64,000 bases of DNA from positions 17,393-81,392 of the forward strand of contig CACGJS010000002.1 of NCBI GenBank assembly GCA_902573385.1, in the 5' to 3' direction. The translations under genes and the position numbers were made by a program. Each line of letters starts with the position of its first letter. The stretch's first letter is position 1. Below are positions 1 to 9,187 of the stretch, piece by piece. The notes under the pieces were generated by a model. The model made no database searches. It worked only from the letters and a program-made list of their open reading frames with translations, and was not told where the DNA came from. The stretch is from an uncultured Pelagibacteraceae bacterium (GTDB lineage: Bacteria > Pseudomonadota > Alphaproteobacteria > Pelagibacterales > Pelagibacteraceae).

Positions 1-264
1 GTATTTATCATTTAACTGTACTCTAACAACATCAGTTCCTACAGGAATTTTATCATTAGCATCTCTTGTTAAATCTACTTTGTATTGTGTGTTGAAGTGC
101 CAACCTGCTGATTGAACTTCTCTACTAATTTCATTTAAAATATTTTTTGCTGTTGTACCATCTACAGGTAAAGACCCTGTTAAGGTTGATAATGGAGCTT
201 CTCCAATAGTACTTAATATCGTATTGACTGCTTCTAGCTCAGTCGTTCTTGTTGTAATTGTCAT
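1..264 (-). CDS. Tail tubular protein A (T7 gp11-like), 5' part, truncated by window edge
   Basis: Manual translation MTITTRTTELEAVNTILSTIGEAPLSTL...REVQSAGWHFN resembles T7 gp11 ELxAVNxILxxIGExP...GWxFN; follows capsid. Confidence 0.9.
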   Translation of the reverse strand, partial: MTITTRTTELEAVNTILSTIGEAPLSTLTGSLPVDGTTAKNILNEISREVQSAGWHFNTQYKVDLTRDANDKIPVGTDVVRVQLNDKY

Positions 265-353
265 TAAGGTAATAGGTCGTCATAAAAACTATCAATTTTT
301 TTATTAACCTTATCTTTTATTTTTTTAATTAATTTACATAACCAACACATCAT
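264..353 (-). CDS. Small phage protein, 29 aa (MMCWLCKLIKKIKDKVNKKIDSFYDDLLP)
   Basis: AAGGAG Shine-Dalgarno upstream; stop overlaps gp11-like start (TAATG). Confidence 0.55.
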   Translation of the reverse strand: MMCWLCKLIKKIKDKVNKKIDSFYDDLLP

Positions 354-373
354 AATTTTCTCCTTTAAATAAC

Positions 374-412
374 CACAGGCGTAGATTGTCTGTGTTAATC
401 TCTACGCCTATG
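374..412 (-). terminator. Stem-loop directly after capsid gene (T-phi position; terminator or processing site)
   Basis: CATAGGCGTAGA / TCTACGCCTGTG 12-bp stem with one G-U pair; no strong U tract. Confidence 0.5.
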
Positions 413-424
413 ATTTTGTTATAA

Positions 425-1375
425 CTATTGAGCTATAATTCTTACTGCACTCTCAGGTCTTAGAATACCATGACCTAGAGCAAGTCTAGCTGTCATTAGG
501 TTTCCTAATCTACGAGCATCATAAGTATTTTCTAAAACTAAATCTTTTAGTTTTACTGTACCAACTGCTGATTTGTGGAATACCACTGCACCAACATGTT
601 GTGCATCTACATTGTAAGTGTTGTTTGTTCCTGAAATACTAGCCGATTGGTCAGTAAATGCAGTAACAGCAGTGTTAGATTTAACTATTCTAACTCCACC
701 TACCATTAGAACTTGTCCTTTTGAGAAGTCTCCATTATTTGAAGAAAAGTCTCTTGAAACAAGTTTATCTATGTTTGCTAATTGGTAGTAAACATCTGGT
801 GTTACTACACAATATCTGTCAGATGTTGGAACATCTCTTTCATCTAAATCTTGAATTGCTTCAAAAATAGATGCAACCATAGAAGTTGCGTTTGTTTTAC
901 AGTCAGCGTCAACTACATTTGAGCCACCACTTCCACCAGTAATATTTGCTGAACCTGCTGATGCAAGAACAACTAACTGAAGTAAATGTTGGTCTACTTT
1001 TTTAGCTAATGCTTGACCCATTTCTCTTGAATAGATTGAACGAACATCATAATGATTTTTCAATTCATCTATTTCGCCAAGAAATGCGTGTGCTATTAAC
1101 ATATCATCAATGTTGATAACTTTTTCGTTGTGCTTAACTGCTGTTCCAACGATTTCGTTTCCAACTGTATGATATGAACTAGCGATTGTACCTGTTACAG
1201 GAAATTGTGCTGATTTACCTGAAGCGATTGTTCTTACAGTAGTCATATCCATCATTTGGTTTTCTCTTGCAAATGTTGAAAGGACTTCCCCTGAAAAAAC
1301 TTTCAGAAATAAATCATTATAACCTGTACCAGTTGCGTTCACAAGACCTAGTCTTGATGGTACTGCGTTTGACAT
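425..1375 (-). CDS. Major capsid protein (T7 gp10-like)
   Basis: LFLKVFSGEVL, RTIASGKSAQFP, C-terminal GHGILRPE motifs. Confidence 0.96.
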   Translation of the reverse strand: MSNAVPSRLGLVNATGTGYNDLFLKVFSGEVLSTFARENQMMDMTTVRTIASGKSAQFPVTGTIASSYHTVGNEIVGTAVKHNEKVINIDDMLIAHAFLGEIDELKNHYDVRSIYSREMGQALAKKVDQHLLQLVVLASAGSANITGGSGGSNVVDADCKTNATSMVASIFEAIQDLDERDVPTSDRYCVVTPDVYYQLANIDKLVSRDFSSNNGDFSKGQVLMVGGVRIVKSNTAVTAFTDQSASISGTNNTYNVDAQHVGAVVFHKSAVGTVKLKDLVLENTYDARRLGNLMTARLALGHGILRPESAVRIIAQ

Positions 1376-1429
1376 ATTATTGTCTCCCTTTGTTATTGTT
1401 GATTTAAACCTAATCTTACTTTCATCAGG

Positions 1430-1456
1430 AAGTTATCAGTCGTAACTGGCAACCTT
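1430..1456 (-). promoter_or_regulatory. Structured leader hairpin upstream of capsid gene
   Basis: AAGGTTGCCAGT-TACG-ACTGATAACTT; G-U pairs form only on the coding strand. Confidence 0.45.
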
Positions 1457-1495
1457 AGATTTGAATTAGTCATCTCTCTTTTAAAAAAGATGAGA

Positions 1496-1624
1496 TTATT
1501 TTTCTTGGTGTTTTTTAATTTGGTAACCTAAACCTGTTTTTTTGTTTCCATATAGTATTTGCCATGACCAACTAGATAAGAAAGTTGAGTAATGGTATAT
1601 TTTTTCTACTATATATTTTTTCAT
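1496..1624 (-). CDS. Small phage protein, 42 aa (MKKYIVEKIYHYSTFLSSWSWQILYG...)
   Basis: Manual translation; ATGA overlap with upstream ORF stop. Confidence 0.55.
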   Translation of the reverse strand: MKKYIVEKIYHYSTFLSSWSWQILYGNKKTGLGYQIKKHQEK

Positions 1625-1764
1625 TTTTTATGTTGTCTTCTTTTATGTTTATTCATTGAACTCCATTTAATTCTACTTGGGTTCTTTGATATACTTGTTT
1701 TTTTAAATCTAGACCTAGTTTCGTGTTCTTCTTTTGAAAGTAGGCTATTTTTCTTTTTAGCCAT
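1621..1764 (-). CDS. Small basic phage protein, 47 aa (MAKKKNSLLSKEEHETRSRFKK...)
   Basis: Manual translation; start abuts upstream stop (TAAATG). Confidence 0.6.
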   Translation of the reverse strand: MAKKKNSLLSKEEHETRSRFKKTSISKNPSRIKWSSMNKHKRRQHKK

Positions 1765-1887
1765 TTAGGCTTTTTTCTTAAAACCTTTTTTCATTTTAGC
1801 GTAGGCTTTAGATGTAATAGTAGATTTCTTTTTACTTCTACTAATACCTAGCTTCTTTCTACGATTTATATTTCTATATAATGACAT
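1765..1887 (-). CDS. Small basic phage protein, 40 aa (MSLYRNINRRKKLGISRSKKKSTIT...)
   Basis: AGGAG SD upstream; tightly packed with neighbours. Confidence 0.7.
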   Translation of the reverse strand: MSLYRNINRRKKLGISRSKKKSTITSKAYAKMKKGFKKKA

Positions 1888-1895
1888 GTTGTCTC

Positions 1896-2276
1896 CTATT
1901 TTTTCTTAAATGCTGATACGCCTTTAATTCCAAGTACACTTGAGTAGCCACCAATGATTAAACCTTGTAGCCATAGTGGAAATTTATTTACTTGTTCAAA
2001 AAAACTATCAAGTTTTGTAATGATTTCTGGGTCATCTGAAAAAATACCCCATGCACAAACTAACAAAGGAATTGAAATAATTATTAAAACTATTTCATCT
2101 TTTAAATCGTTAGCTTGATGAGTTTTGACAGTATTGACCATTTCAATCTCTCCATCAATAACCCTCTGCATTTGCTTTCTCTCAGCAATACTTTGTAGAA
2201 CTTTTGTTTCTTTTCTATTCTTGTAAACTTCAGAACCAGTTCTTAACGCTAATTTAGCTAATGAAAGCCACATCAT
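1896..2276 (-). CDS. Phage membrane protein, putative holin
   Basis: 126 aa, two hydrophobic segments, basic C-terminus. Confidence 0.55.
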   Translation of the reverse strand: MMWLSLAKLALRTGSEVYKNRKETKVLQSIAERKQMQRVIDGEIEMVNTVKTHQANDLKDEIVLIIISIPLLVCAWGIFSDDPEIITKLDSFFEQVNKFPLWLQGLIIGGYSSVLGIKGVSAFKKK

Positions 2277-2501
2277 TTAATAATTATCACTCCTGTTTCT
2301 TGATTTAGTTCTAACTCTAAGATTGCTTCTAGAGTTGTTTCTTGGGTTTTTATCTCTATGGTCTATGTCTTTACCTGCTATTGCTTTAACACCAAGTTTC
2401 TTCCTCATTAATCTTCTAGCTAGATTACGACTTGACCTGTTTTTTCTTTGTTCAGGTTTAGAATGATAATTTCTATATTCTCTTGCGTAATCTCTAGCCA
2501 T
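2277..2501 (-). CDS. Small HNH-type endonuclease
   Basis: GKDIDHRDKNPRNNSRSNLRV motif. Confidence 0.8.
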   Translation of the reverse strand: MARDYAREYRNYHSKPEQRKNRSSRNLARRLMRKKLGVKAIAGKDIDHRDKNPRNNSRSNLRVRTKSRNRSDNY

Positions 2502-3304
2502 TAGAATACTTGGCTTCTACCTATTTTATCTTCTACCATTTTTCTGTAGGCAGGGTCTTTTTCGTATCTTGGGTCATTCATAGCTTCTGTTACTTGTGCA
2601 ACACTTTGAAAAGCATCTTTAGAAACAGCATCACTAGTACCCTCAAATAAAGATGGTTGTTTAGGATTTGCACCTGCTTTTGACATTAAACCTTGAACAG
2701 CAAATTTTGCAGTTTCAATATCTCCACCCTCAACCATATCGTTAAATACTTTAACTTCTGCATCAGATAGATTTGTTGTTGCCCATTGAACAAGCTCGTT
2801 ATATTGCTCTTGTCCACCTGCTACATCTTGAATTTGTTTAGTATTAGTATCAGAGATTAATTTTTGTCCCTCTATATAACTATCAACTAAAGTTTTATCT
2901 AAACCTTGTTTAGCTAACTCTCCATAACTCTTTTCAGAAAGTTCTCCATTTTCAGCAAACTCATTATAAAACTTTTCTAAACCACCTTGTGGTGCTTCTA
3001 CTGTTTTTGTTTCTTCTGCAGGTTTAGCATCTTCTTTAGGTCTCGCAGAAAATTCTTTTTCCAACGCACCATACGCTTTAGCCAATTCTTCTGCATTAGA
3101 GAATTTTTCTGGCAACCATTCTGGTCTGTTTTCTGAAGTTTGCATTTCTGTTTTTGGTTCTCTAACTTCAATGCCCTCTCCATTTGGATTGACAGTAAGG
3201 TCTTTGTTAATATCCAATCCATCTTTCTTTAGGTCTTCTGCTGATTGTTCTAATGTTTTATTACCTGCATCATCAGGTTTTACTTCTAGTCTCTCTGTAC
3301 TCAT
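2501..3304 (-). CDS. Capsid assembly scaffolding protein (T7 gp9-like)
   Basis: RPEWLPEKF and C-terminal AMNDPRYEKDPAYR motifs; follows portal. Confidence 0.92.
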   Translation of the reverse strand: MSTERLEVKPDDAGNKTLEQSAEDLKKDGLDINKDLTVNPNGEGIEVREPKTEMQTSENRPEWLPEKFSNAEELAKAYGALEKEFSARPKEDAKPAEETKTVEAPQGGLEKFYNEFAENGELSEKSYGELAKQGLDKTLVDSYIEGQKLISDTNTKQIQDVAGGQEQYNELVQWATTNLSDAEVKVFNDMVEGGDIETAKFAVQGLMSKAGANPKQPSLFEGTSDAVSKDAFQSVAQVTEAMNDPRYEKDPAYRKMVEDKIGRSQVF

Positions 3305-3309
3305 ATTTT

Positions 3310-4923
3310 TTACTCCATATTTTCAACTGAAACATCTCCAGTCTCATTGTTAATGCCCAAACCTTTACCAGAGTTAGTAATATGTTTTCCTGCTTCGATT
3401 GCTACTCTTGGGTCGGCTAACGCTTGTTGAGCCAACTGTTGTTGTTGAGCTTGTTGTTGTTCTTGTTGGATTTGTTCTTGGTCTTTAAGTAAACCTTGTG
3501 TGTCTACACCATTTGCTACTGCAAATTTCTTAATAGCATCATCAAGATTTATATATTGTGAAAGTGTTTCAGCTCCTAGCGTTCCTGCTAAATCTTGCAT
3601 GAACTGTAGAAGTCTAAGTCTATCACTTGCTCTGCCTAGTGCTTCTAAACCAACAATTATTTTAGGTCGCACAATTTTCTTAGGCAAATCTGGTAGTAAT
3701 TTTTGTTCTCTTAAAATATTTATTTTTCCATTTATGTAAGGTAATTGGAACTCAGTTGTTAATATTCCATATACTCCTCCTAAAGCATCTTGAAGCTCCT
3801 GAGCCACAAGTTGAACTTCAGTTGCAGTAACTCTTTCTGCTTGTCTTTGTACTGATGAATTTAATAAGAAAGCATATTGCAATCTTTGTTCAATTCTATT
3901 CATCATTTCAAATGAAACTCTAAAATCAGCAAATTTATTAGCTTGTAGGACTGATACATCTCCTGAAGAACCCTCAATAATTGCACCATTAGGTGCTTTA
4001 GCTATTGATGATGCTCTAGTAGTTCCATTAGGAGCTACCATAAATAACATTTTAGCTGATGCAGAAGAACCCTCTAAGATTGCTCTTGTTAATCCCTCTA
4101 AGCTACGCAAATCTCCAAGATAACTTTCGCAGTGTGAACGACCATAGTCCATTCCATCTACTCTGTTAAATCTTAAAGCAATAAAAGGTAAAGCATCTAC
4201 TTTATATTTTGTTGTTAAGATTATTTTCTTTCCACATTCTTGATGTAATGTGTAACCTTTATCTTCTCTTTGTATACAAGTGTATAAATCTAATTCTTTA
4301 TTTTCGTATTCCTCTTTTGCTTTACCCTCAATAATAGCAAGTCTAGTTTTTTCAGGTAATGTATCTAAATTAACAACTTCTTTAATTATTATCTTTAATA
4401 CATTTCCTTGATTGTCTCTTTTAACTACATAGTTTTCTAATCTATAAACTCTAAGACCTTGTTCTGTAATTTTTAATAATACATTGCCAGAAACTATCAA
4501 ATTTTTCAGTGCTTCGTATACAGCAACCCTGTCATTAGATACTTCCATATTATCCATGATTGCTTTTTCAATTCCTTGTAAACCTTGTTCAATAGAACCT
4601 TTAGTTCTTGGGTCTCCTTGAATTTGTTTAAATACTAAATCATCTACACTTAATCTGAAAAATGGTGCATGTGGTGGGAAAAGTGCCAACATCAATTTTG
4701 ATGCTAAGTTCATTACACCTCTTGCACCTATGGATTGGTAAGGTGTACGATATTCTGTAGCTTCGTTATTACCTTTATCTGGAAATAAAGTTGGAATAGT
4801 TAATTTAGCACAATCTGTTGCTCTTTCTAAATATGTTTCTCTATTTAATTCTAATTTATTGTATTGCGACTGTATTGAAGATTTATCTTCAGTAACTTTG
4901 TCTCCATAAACATATCTTTGCAT
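3310..4923 (-). CDS. Head-tail connector / portal (T7 gp8-like)
   Basis: 537 aa; PYQSIGARGVMNLASKLMLALFP and AERVTATEV motifs. Confidence 0.96.
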   Translation of the reverse strand: MQRYVYGDKVTEDKSSIQSQYNKLELNRETYLERATDCAKLTIPTLFPDKGNNEATEYRTPYQSIGARGVMNLASKLMLALFPPHAPFFRLSVDDLVFKQIQGDPRTKGSIEQGLQGIEKAIMDNMEVSNDRVAVYEALKNLIVSGNVLLKITEQGLRVYRLENYVVKRDNQGNVLKIIIKEVVNLDTLPEKTRLAIIEGKAKEEYENKELDLYTCIQREDKGYTLHQECGKKIILTTKYKVDALPFIALRFNRVDGMDYGRSHCESYLGDLRSLEGLTRAILEGSSASAKMLFMVAPNGTTRASSIAKAPNGAIIEGSSGDVSVLQANKFADFRVSFEMMNRIEQRLQYAFLLNSSVQRQAERVTATEVQLVAQELQDALGGVYGILTTEFQLPYINGKINILREQKLLPDLPKKIVRPKIIVGLEALGRASDRLRLLQFMQDLAGTLGAETLSQYINLDDAIKKFAVANGVDTQGLLKDQEQIQQEQQQAQQQQLAQQALADPRVAIEAGKHITNSGKGLGINNETGDVSVENME

Positions 4924-4931
4924 TAAATTAT

Positions 4932-5171
4932 TTACGCACTAGGTAAATTCAGACCAGACTTTGTAAGACCTGAACTTGCTAAAGGTATTCTTAATGAACC
5001 TCGACCAGTTCTTCTTCTAGAAGCTGATGAAGCAACATTAACATTTCTTCCTGTCGCATCTGCCATTGCAGGAGCATTTTGCTTTGTCGTAGCACCACTA
5101 ACACTCGGTGGTGTTTGTGGAATTGACTCAGGCATTGGTGGTGGAGCAGGAGCTTTTACTGATACACACAT
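4932..5171 (-). CDS. Small virion protein (T7 gp6.7/gp7.3-like)
   Basis: MC start, Pro-rich, GRGSLRI; directly upstream of portal. Confidence 0.6.
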   Translation of the reverse strand: MCVSVKAPAPPPMPESIPQTPPSVSGATTKQNAPAMADATGRNVNVASSASRRRTGRGSLRIPLASSGLTKSGLNLPSA

Positions 5172-5176
5172 ATTTG

Positions 5177-5353
5177 CTATTCCTCTTGTTCTTGTTTTTG
5201 TTTAATTAAATGATTAACAACTGACCTTTGCCCACCTTTAAAGTAGACTTCTTTTTCGGTATCCTTTAGGTCAGCAGATTTCTCTGGGAAAATACTATCT
5301 AGGTATTCTATAAGCTCATTGCTTATTGTTGGCTTTGGTACTTTTCTTGTCAT
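5177..5353 (-). CDS. Small phage protein, 58 aa (gp6.5 position)
   Basis: Manual translation MTKKVPKPTISNELIEYLDSIFPEK...GQRSVVNHL; AGGAG SD; absent from ORF track (<60 aa). Confidence 0.75.
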   Translation of the reverse strand: MTRKVPKPTISNELIEYLDSIFPEKSADLKDTEKEVYFKGGQRSVVNHLIKQKQEQEE

Positions 5354-5675
5354 TGGATACTCCTAAAGTGGAACTTTTTATAGATTTTCGCTTTTCAGCT
5401 ATTTCCCCTGCTATTGCAGAGTAGCCACAAGCATCAACATAATCATCAGGATTGTGCTGACCTGCTTGTGTTCTAGCTATTTTTAGTAAAGCCATAAGAT
5501 TAGCTACATCTTCAGGTAAGATTATTATATTTAATTTAGTCTTATTCTGTAAATAGGAAGACCATAACCTTGCGATATTTTCATGGTTTTGTACTTTATC
5601 TCCATGCTTATCTTCTCTGTCAGTACTAACTAGCTTTTTGGTTTTCTCTAAAATGTCTGTAGTGTTCATATTCAA
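5316..5675 (-). CDS. DUF6378-like phage protein
   Basis: HGD...NHENIARLWSSYL...VANLMALLKIAR...DDYVDACGY pattern. Confidence 0.75.
   Translation of the reverse strand: MNMNTTDILEKTKKLVSTDREDKHGDKVQNHENIARLWSSYLQNKTKLNIIILPEDVANLMALLKIARTQAGQHNPDDYVDACGYSAIAGEIAEKRKSIKSSTLGVSNDKKSTKANNKQ
5362..5376 (-). promoter_or_regulatory. Candidate phage RNAP late promoter
   Basis: AAGTTCCACTTTAGG; shares AAGTTCCnCTT with 12326-12340; position equivalent to T7 phi6.5. Confidence 0.45.
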
Positions 5676-6495
5676 AATCCCATAGTTTTACTTTGTTTGT
5701 TTTATAATCGTACTCGCCCTCTCTTAATATTCTGGCAAGTCTTGCTTGGTGGTAGGCATCATCAATAGAATATTTATTTCTATAATATTCTTGAAGTACT
5801 GCTTCCCAACATTCTCTTATTGTTACTTTTTCATTAAGAACTCTTGATGCTTTTACTGCACCAACTCCAACACAACCTTTATAACCATCAGTTTGGTCTC
5901 CAGTTAAAGTCTGTGTACAAAAGTTATAATCTGCTTTGTTTTCGTCTACATATTCTATCTGGTCGTCAATAATGCAAACTTGCCATGCAGGTATAGTTCT
6001 CATGTCCTTATCCCCAGAAACTATCACACAATTATTTTTGTGTTCTCCTGTAGCTAATAAACCAATAGTGTCATCAGCTTCTAAGTTTGGATAAGTTATT
6101 GTGTGGTGTGTTTCTTCAATCCACTTTCTAATAGGTGCATAAGAAATTGGTTTTCTTATTTTCTTTCTATAAGATTTATAGTCGCTGTCTAATTTTTTTC
6201 TGAAATTATTTTTATCAGAAAAACAAATAATAGCGTCTTTAGATTTTGTTAAATCCATATAGAAAGCTATGGACTGAGTAAATAATTGTTTACCCTTTTT
6301 AGCATCTGATGCTAAAGTCCAAATGTCATTACCCCAGTCAATAGGTTCTTCCAATGAGGAAGTAATCTTGTAGACTAGTAGGTCTCCATCAACTAACATT
6401 TTTTTATTCTTGTTAGCAAAGAATTTATTCATGTTGCTCATCTTATCTTTATTTGCACTATGCAAATGAAAGTGAGCTTCATCTAACTGTGTCAT
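5626..6495 (-). CDS. 5'-3' exonuclease (T7 gp6-like)
   Basis: LVDGD, LEADD, SGDKD, TGDQTDGYKGCVGVG motifs. Confidence 0.93.
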   Translation of the reverse strand: MTQLDEAHFHLHSANKDKMSNMNKFFANKNKKMLVDGDLLVYKITSSLEEPIDWGNDIWTLASDAKKGKQLFTQSIAFYMDLTKSKDAIICFSDKNNFRKKLDSDYKSYRKKIRKPISYAPIRKWIEETHHTITYPNLEADDTIGLLATGEHKNNCVIVSGDKDMRTIPAWQVCIIDDQIEYVDENKADYNFCTQTLTGDQTDGYKGCVGVGAVKASRVLNEKVTIRECWEAVLQEYYRNKYSIDDAYHQARLARILREGEYDYKTNKVKLWDFEYEHYRHFRENQKAS

Positions 6496-6797
6496 AGTTT
6501 TATCTCCTTTAATTTGAGTATGTTTGATTTTGGTATTACTGTTGAGTTACCACCCTCATTTATTGTTCCATCATCATTGAAGTTGATGTCGCCAATAAAA
6601 ACGAATTTGTTATTGCTTGTATTGATTAACCAACCCATAGTTATACAAACTGCAGGTTTTGATTTTTTTAATTGATTTATACTTTCCCAATTTGGCGAAC
6701 TGCAAATATCACTCCACCAACATTTATAAAATTTATATGGAAAATCATCTGTATCTATATCTGGTAAGACAATTTTAGTTTTTAATAACTTCTTCAT
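6492..6797 (-). CDS. Hypothetical phage protein
   Basis: 101 aa ORF coupled to neighbours. Confidence 0.7.
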   Translation of the reverse strand: MKKLLKTKIVLPDIDTDDFPYKFYKCWWSDICSSPNWESINQLKKSKPAVCITMGWLINTSNNKFVFIGDINFNDDGTINEGGNSTVIPKSNILKLKEIKL

Positions 6798-7153
6798 ATA
6801 ATTAGATTGAGTAAATCTTCTTTAGGTATGATGTGTCCTTTGGAGGTGTAATTATCGCCACCTCTTTTAACTGGATAATCTTTCATTAATTTTTTAAGAA
6901 TTTTTGTAGGTATCAAGACCCAGATTTGGTCTTTTCTTTTTTCTACTACTAAAGAGATTGCGTAATACTTAGAAGTAGTAACCATTATTCCTGATGGTTT
7001 TCCTCTACTTTCAATCTCTATAAATACATTACCCCACTTAACAACTAGCCTGTCTGCCTTACATTCTATTTGTCCCTCTATAGCTTTCTGTAAATCGTTT
7101 TCGTGTTTTTGACCAAACGATAGGTCAAGGTCAAACTTGTTAGTGTGTTTCAC
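6794..7153 (-). CDS. Phage protein, possible PD-(D/E)xK nuclease fold
   Basis: IECKAD...GNVFIEIESRGKPSGI pattern seen in marine phages. Confidence 0.55.
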   Translation of the reverse strand: MKHTNKFDLDLSFGQKHENDLQKAIEGQIECKADRLVVKWGNVFIEIESRGKPSGIMVTTSKYYAISLVVEKRKDQIWVLIPTKILKKLMKDYPVKRGGDNYTSKGHIIPKEDLLNLII

Positions 7154-8915
7154 TCCAATTTGTACCGACTTTAATCTCTCCTGCTAATTCGCACTTAAAA
7201 TTAAAAAATTGTTTTGTCTTATTAAATAATTGATTTGCTATAACTTTAAATTCATCAACTTTATCTTTGTGAACTACAAACTGCATTTCATCATGCACAT
7301 GCAAAACCATTCTATAATCTTTACCCCAAACAAAACCTGCTTGTTGTAAATCATTATTAAGTATTACTGTTCCTGCTTTAACTAATAAAGCACCTGCTGA
7401 TTGGATTAATGTATTTAAAGAACTATATTCTGCTCTACACATTAATTTTCTTTTATCTAAACCATAAATCCATTTTTGATTTCTATATTTAACTGCAACT
7501 GCAGTTTTTAAATTCTTTAACGCTGGAATAGCTTTCTCAAATTTTTCTCTTATTCTTTTGGCTTCTGTAACAGAGACATCAAGTATTTCTGACAAGCGTT
7601 CATTTCCTGCAGAATAAATGTAGGCATAAATAAAAGTTTTAGCTTTATCACGACTATCCAATCCGAGTATGTGCTGATTTTTGGTATGTATATCATCTTT
7701 AAGAAGTGTGTTCGCAAAATCTCCACTATCGTAATTATACAAGTAAGATGAAAGTACACGAAGCTCAAGACCAGAAAAATCAATACCGAGCATAACCATA
7801 TTGGCAGGAGCAACAAAAAGGCTACGCATCTCAGTACCATACTTAGACCCTTTCGAGACAACTTGTGCCAAGTTTGGATTAAAGTGCGTACAGCGACCTG
7901 TAACTGCTCCATTTGTGATAATTTTTCCATGAATTTTTCCTTTGTTGTTTAATTTTAGATATGCTTGTTCGCCATCACTTAGCTGACCAAGTCGTTTTTG
8001 AATTAGTAAATGTTCTGATATTAATTTTGCTTCTTCATAAGGTAGTGATTTTAAAATTTTTTCATTTACTTCTGGTTTACCTGTTGCTGTAAAAGATTGT
8101 GGTTTCCAACCTAATGTTTTTAATCTATCTGCTATATGGTCTCTTGAATTAGGATTGAAAATTTCTGTTTTGAATTGTTCAACAGGAACTCCTGCTTTTA
8201 TTCCTCTTTTCTTATTATCTCTTTTATAAGTTTTAAAACCTATAGATTTTCTCCAACTACCAAAGACTGCAGAAAGTTTTTGTTCAATCTCCAGTCTTTG
8301 TTTAGTCAAGGATAAGAAAAGCGACTGAGCAGTCGTCTCATCAAAATCCACACCACCTTGTTCTTGTTTAATAATCCAGTGTGCAAAGTCGTGTTCTAAT
8401 TTGATAGCTTTTTCTGAATAATTTTGTTTTTTAATTAATTCATATAATAGAAAAGTAACTTCTACATCTCTCTCACAATAGTCCTGCATTTCTTTAGACC
8501 ACACATCAAAAGAATTGTTTTCTTGAAAGTCCCCTTTTCGTAAACCCAACCGATAACCCCAACTTTCGATTGAATGTTTACCTATTAGTTTTGGTGGTAT
8601 GTTCTTTCTTGAATAGTCTACTTCAGTCATATTTGACCAAATAAGCCTAGAACAAAGCAAAGTATCTAATACTTCTCCAGTATATTTATAGCCTGTTACT
8701 TTCTCTATAGCAGGTAAATCAAACCCCATTATAGAATGACCTATAATCATATCTGCTTTCTTTAGTAACTCTAGACCCTCATTGATTTGGTCAGGATTAT
8801 AGGAATATACTTTTTTAGTATCTACATCTCTAAAGACCATACAATGAATTTTGTCTAAGCTGTCCAAGAAACCATTGGTTTCAATGTCTAGTATTAGTTT
8901 CATTTTAAGTTTCAT
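7140..8915 (-). CDS. DNA polymerase family A (T7 gp5-like)
   Basis: Exo motifs DIET, YCERD; DFSGLELR, KTFIYA, HDE polymerase motifs. Confidence 0.96.
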   Translation of the reverse strand: MKLKMKLILDIETNGFLDSLDKIHCMVFRDVDTKKVYSYNPDQINEGLELLKKADMIIGHSIMGFDLPAIEKVTGYKYTGEVLDTLLCSRLIWSNMTEVDYSRKNIPPKLIGKHSIESWGYRLGLRKGDFQENNSFDVWSKEMQDYCERDVEVTFLLYELIKKQNYSEKAIKLEHDFAHWIIKQEQGGVDFDETTAQSLFLSLTKQRLEIEQKLSAVFGSWRKSIGFKTYKRDNKKRGIKAGVPVEQFKTEIFNPNSRDHIADRLKTLGWKPQSFTATGKPEVNEKILKSLPYEEAKLISEHLLIQKRLGQLSDGEQAYLKLNNKGKIHGKIITNGAVTGRCTHFNPNLAQVVSKGSKYGTEMRSLFVAPANMVMLGIDFSGLELRVLSSYLYNYDSGDFANTLLKDDIHTKNQHILGLDSRDKAKTFIYAYIYSAGNERLSEILDVSVTEAKRIREKFEKAIPALKNLKTAVAVKYRNQKWIYGLDKRKLMCRAEYSSLNTLIQSAGALLVKAGTVILNNDLQQAGFVWGKDYRMVLHVHDEMQFVVHKDKVDEFKVIANQLFNKTKQFFNFKCELAGEIKVGTNWSETH

Positions 8916-9187
8916 TAGTGAATTTGTGTAACTGTAATTTTTTCTGTACTTGGAAGTATGTGAGCTACTGAGTTGATTGCTCTTGTAATAATCTTTTTAG
9001 CTTCAGTATCTCCACACATTATTACTGGATAAACATTGTCGTGTTTGATTGCGTTATAGATTGCAACCATAATTGTTTTAGATGTTTCAAATACCAACTG
9101 TTGTTGTTCAGAAGATAATTTTAGGTAATCTGGTTTATCTATTAAAAATGCTAAAATAAATTTAGTAAGCATTTTCTCATTCATCAA
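8915..9187 (-). CDS. Hypothetical phage protein
   Basis: 90 aa ORF coupled to helicase and PolA. Confidence 0.65.
   Translation of the reverse strand: MMNEKMLTKFILAFLIDKPDYLKLSSEQQQLVFETSKTIMVAIYNAIKHDNVYPVIMCGDTEAKKIITRAINSVAHILPSTEKITVTQIH

Noticed and set aside
425-460. Programmed capsid frameshift (T7 10B-like)
   Set aside because: No clear slippery site or long downstream extension frame seen.
3420-3482. CAA/TTG-rich repeat in the portal gene
   Set aside because: Encodes the Gln-rich C-terminal tail usual in T7-like portals.
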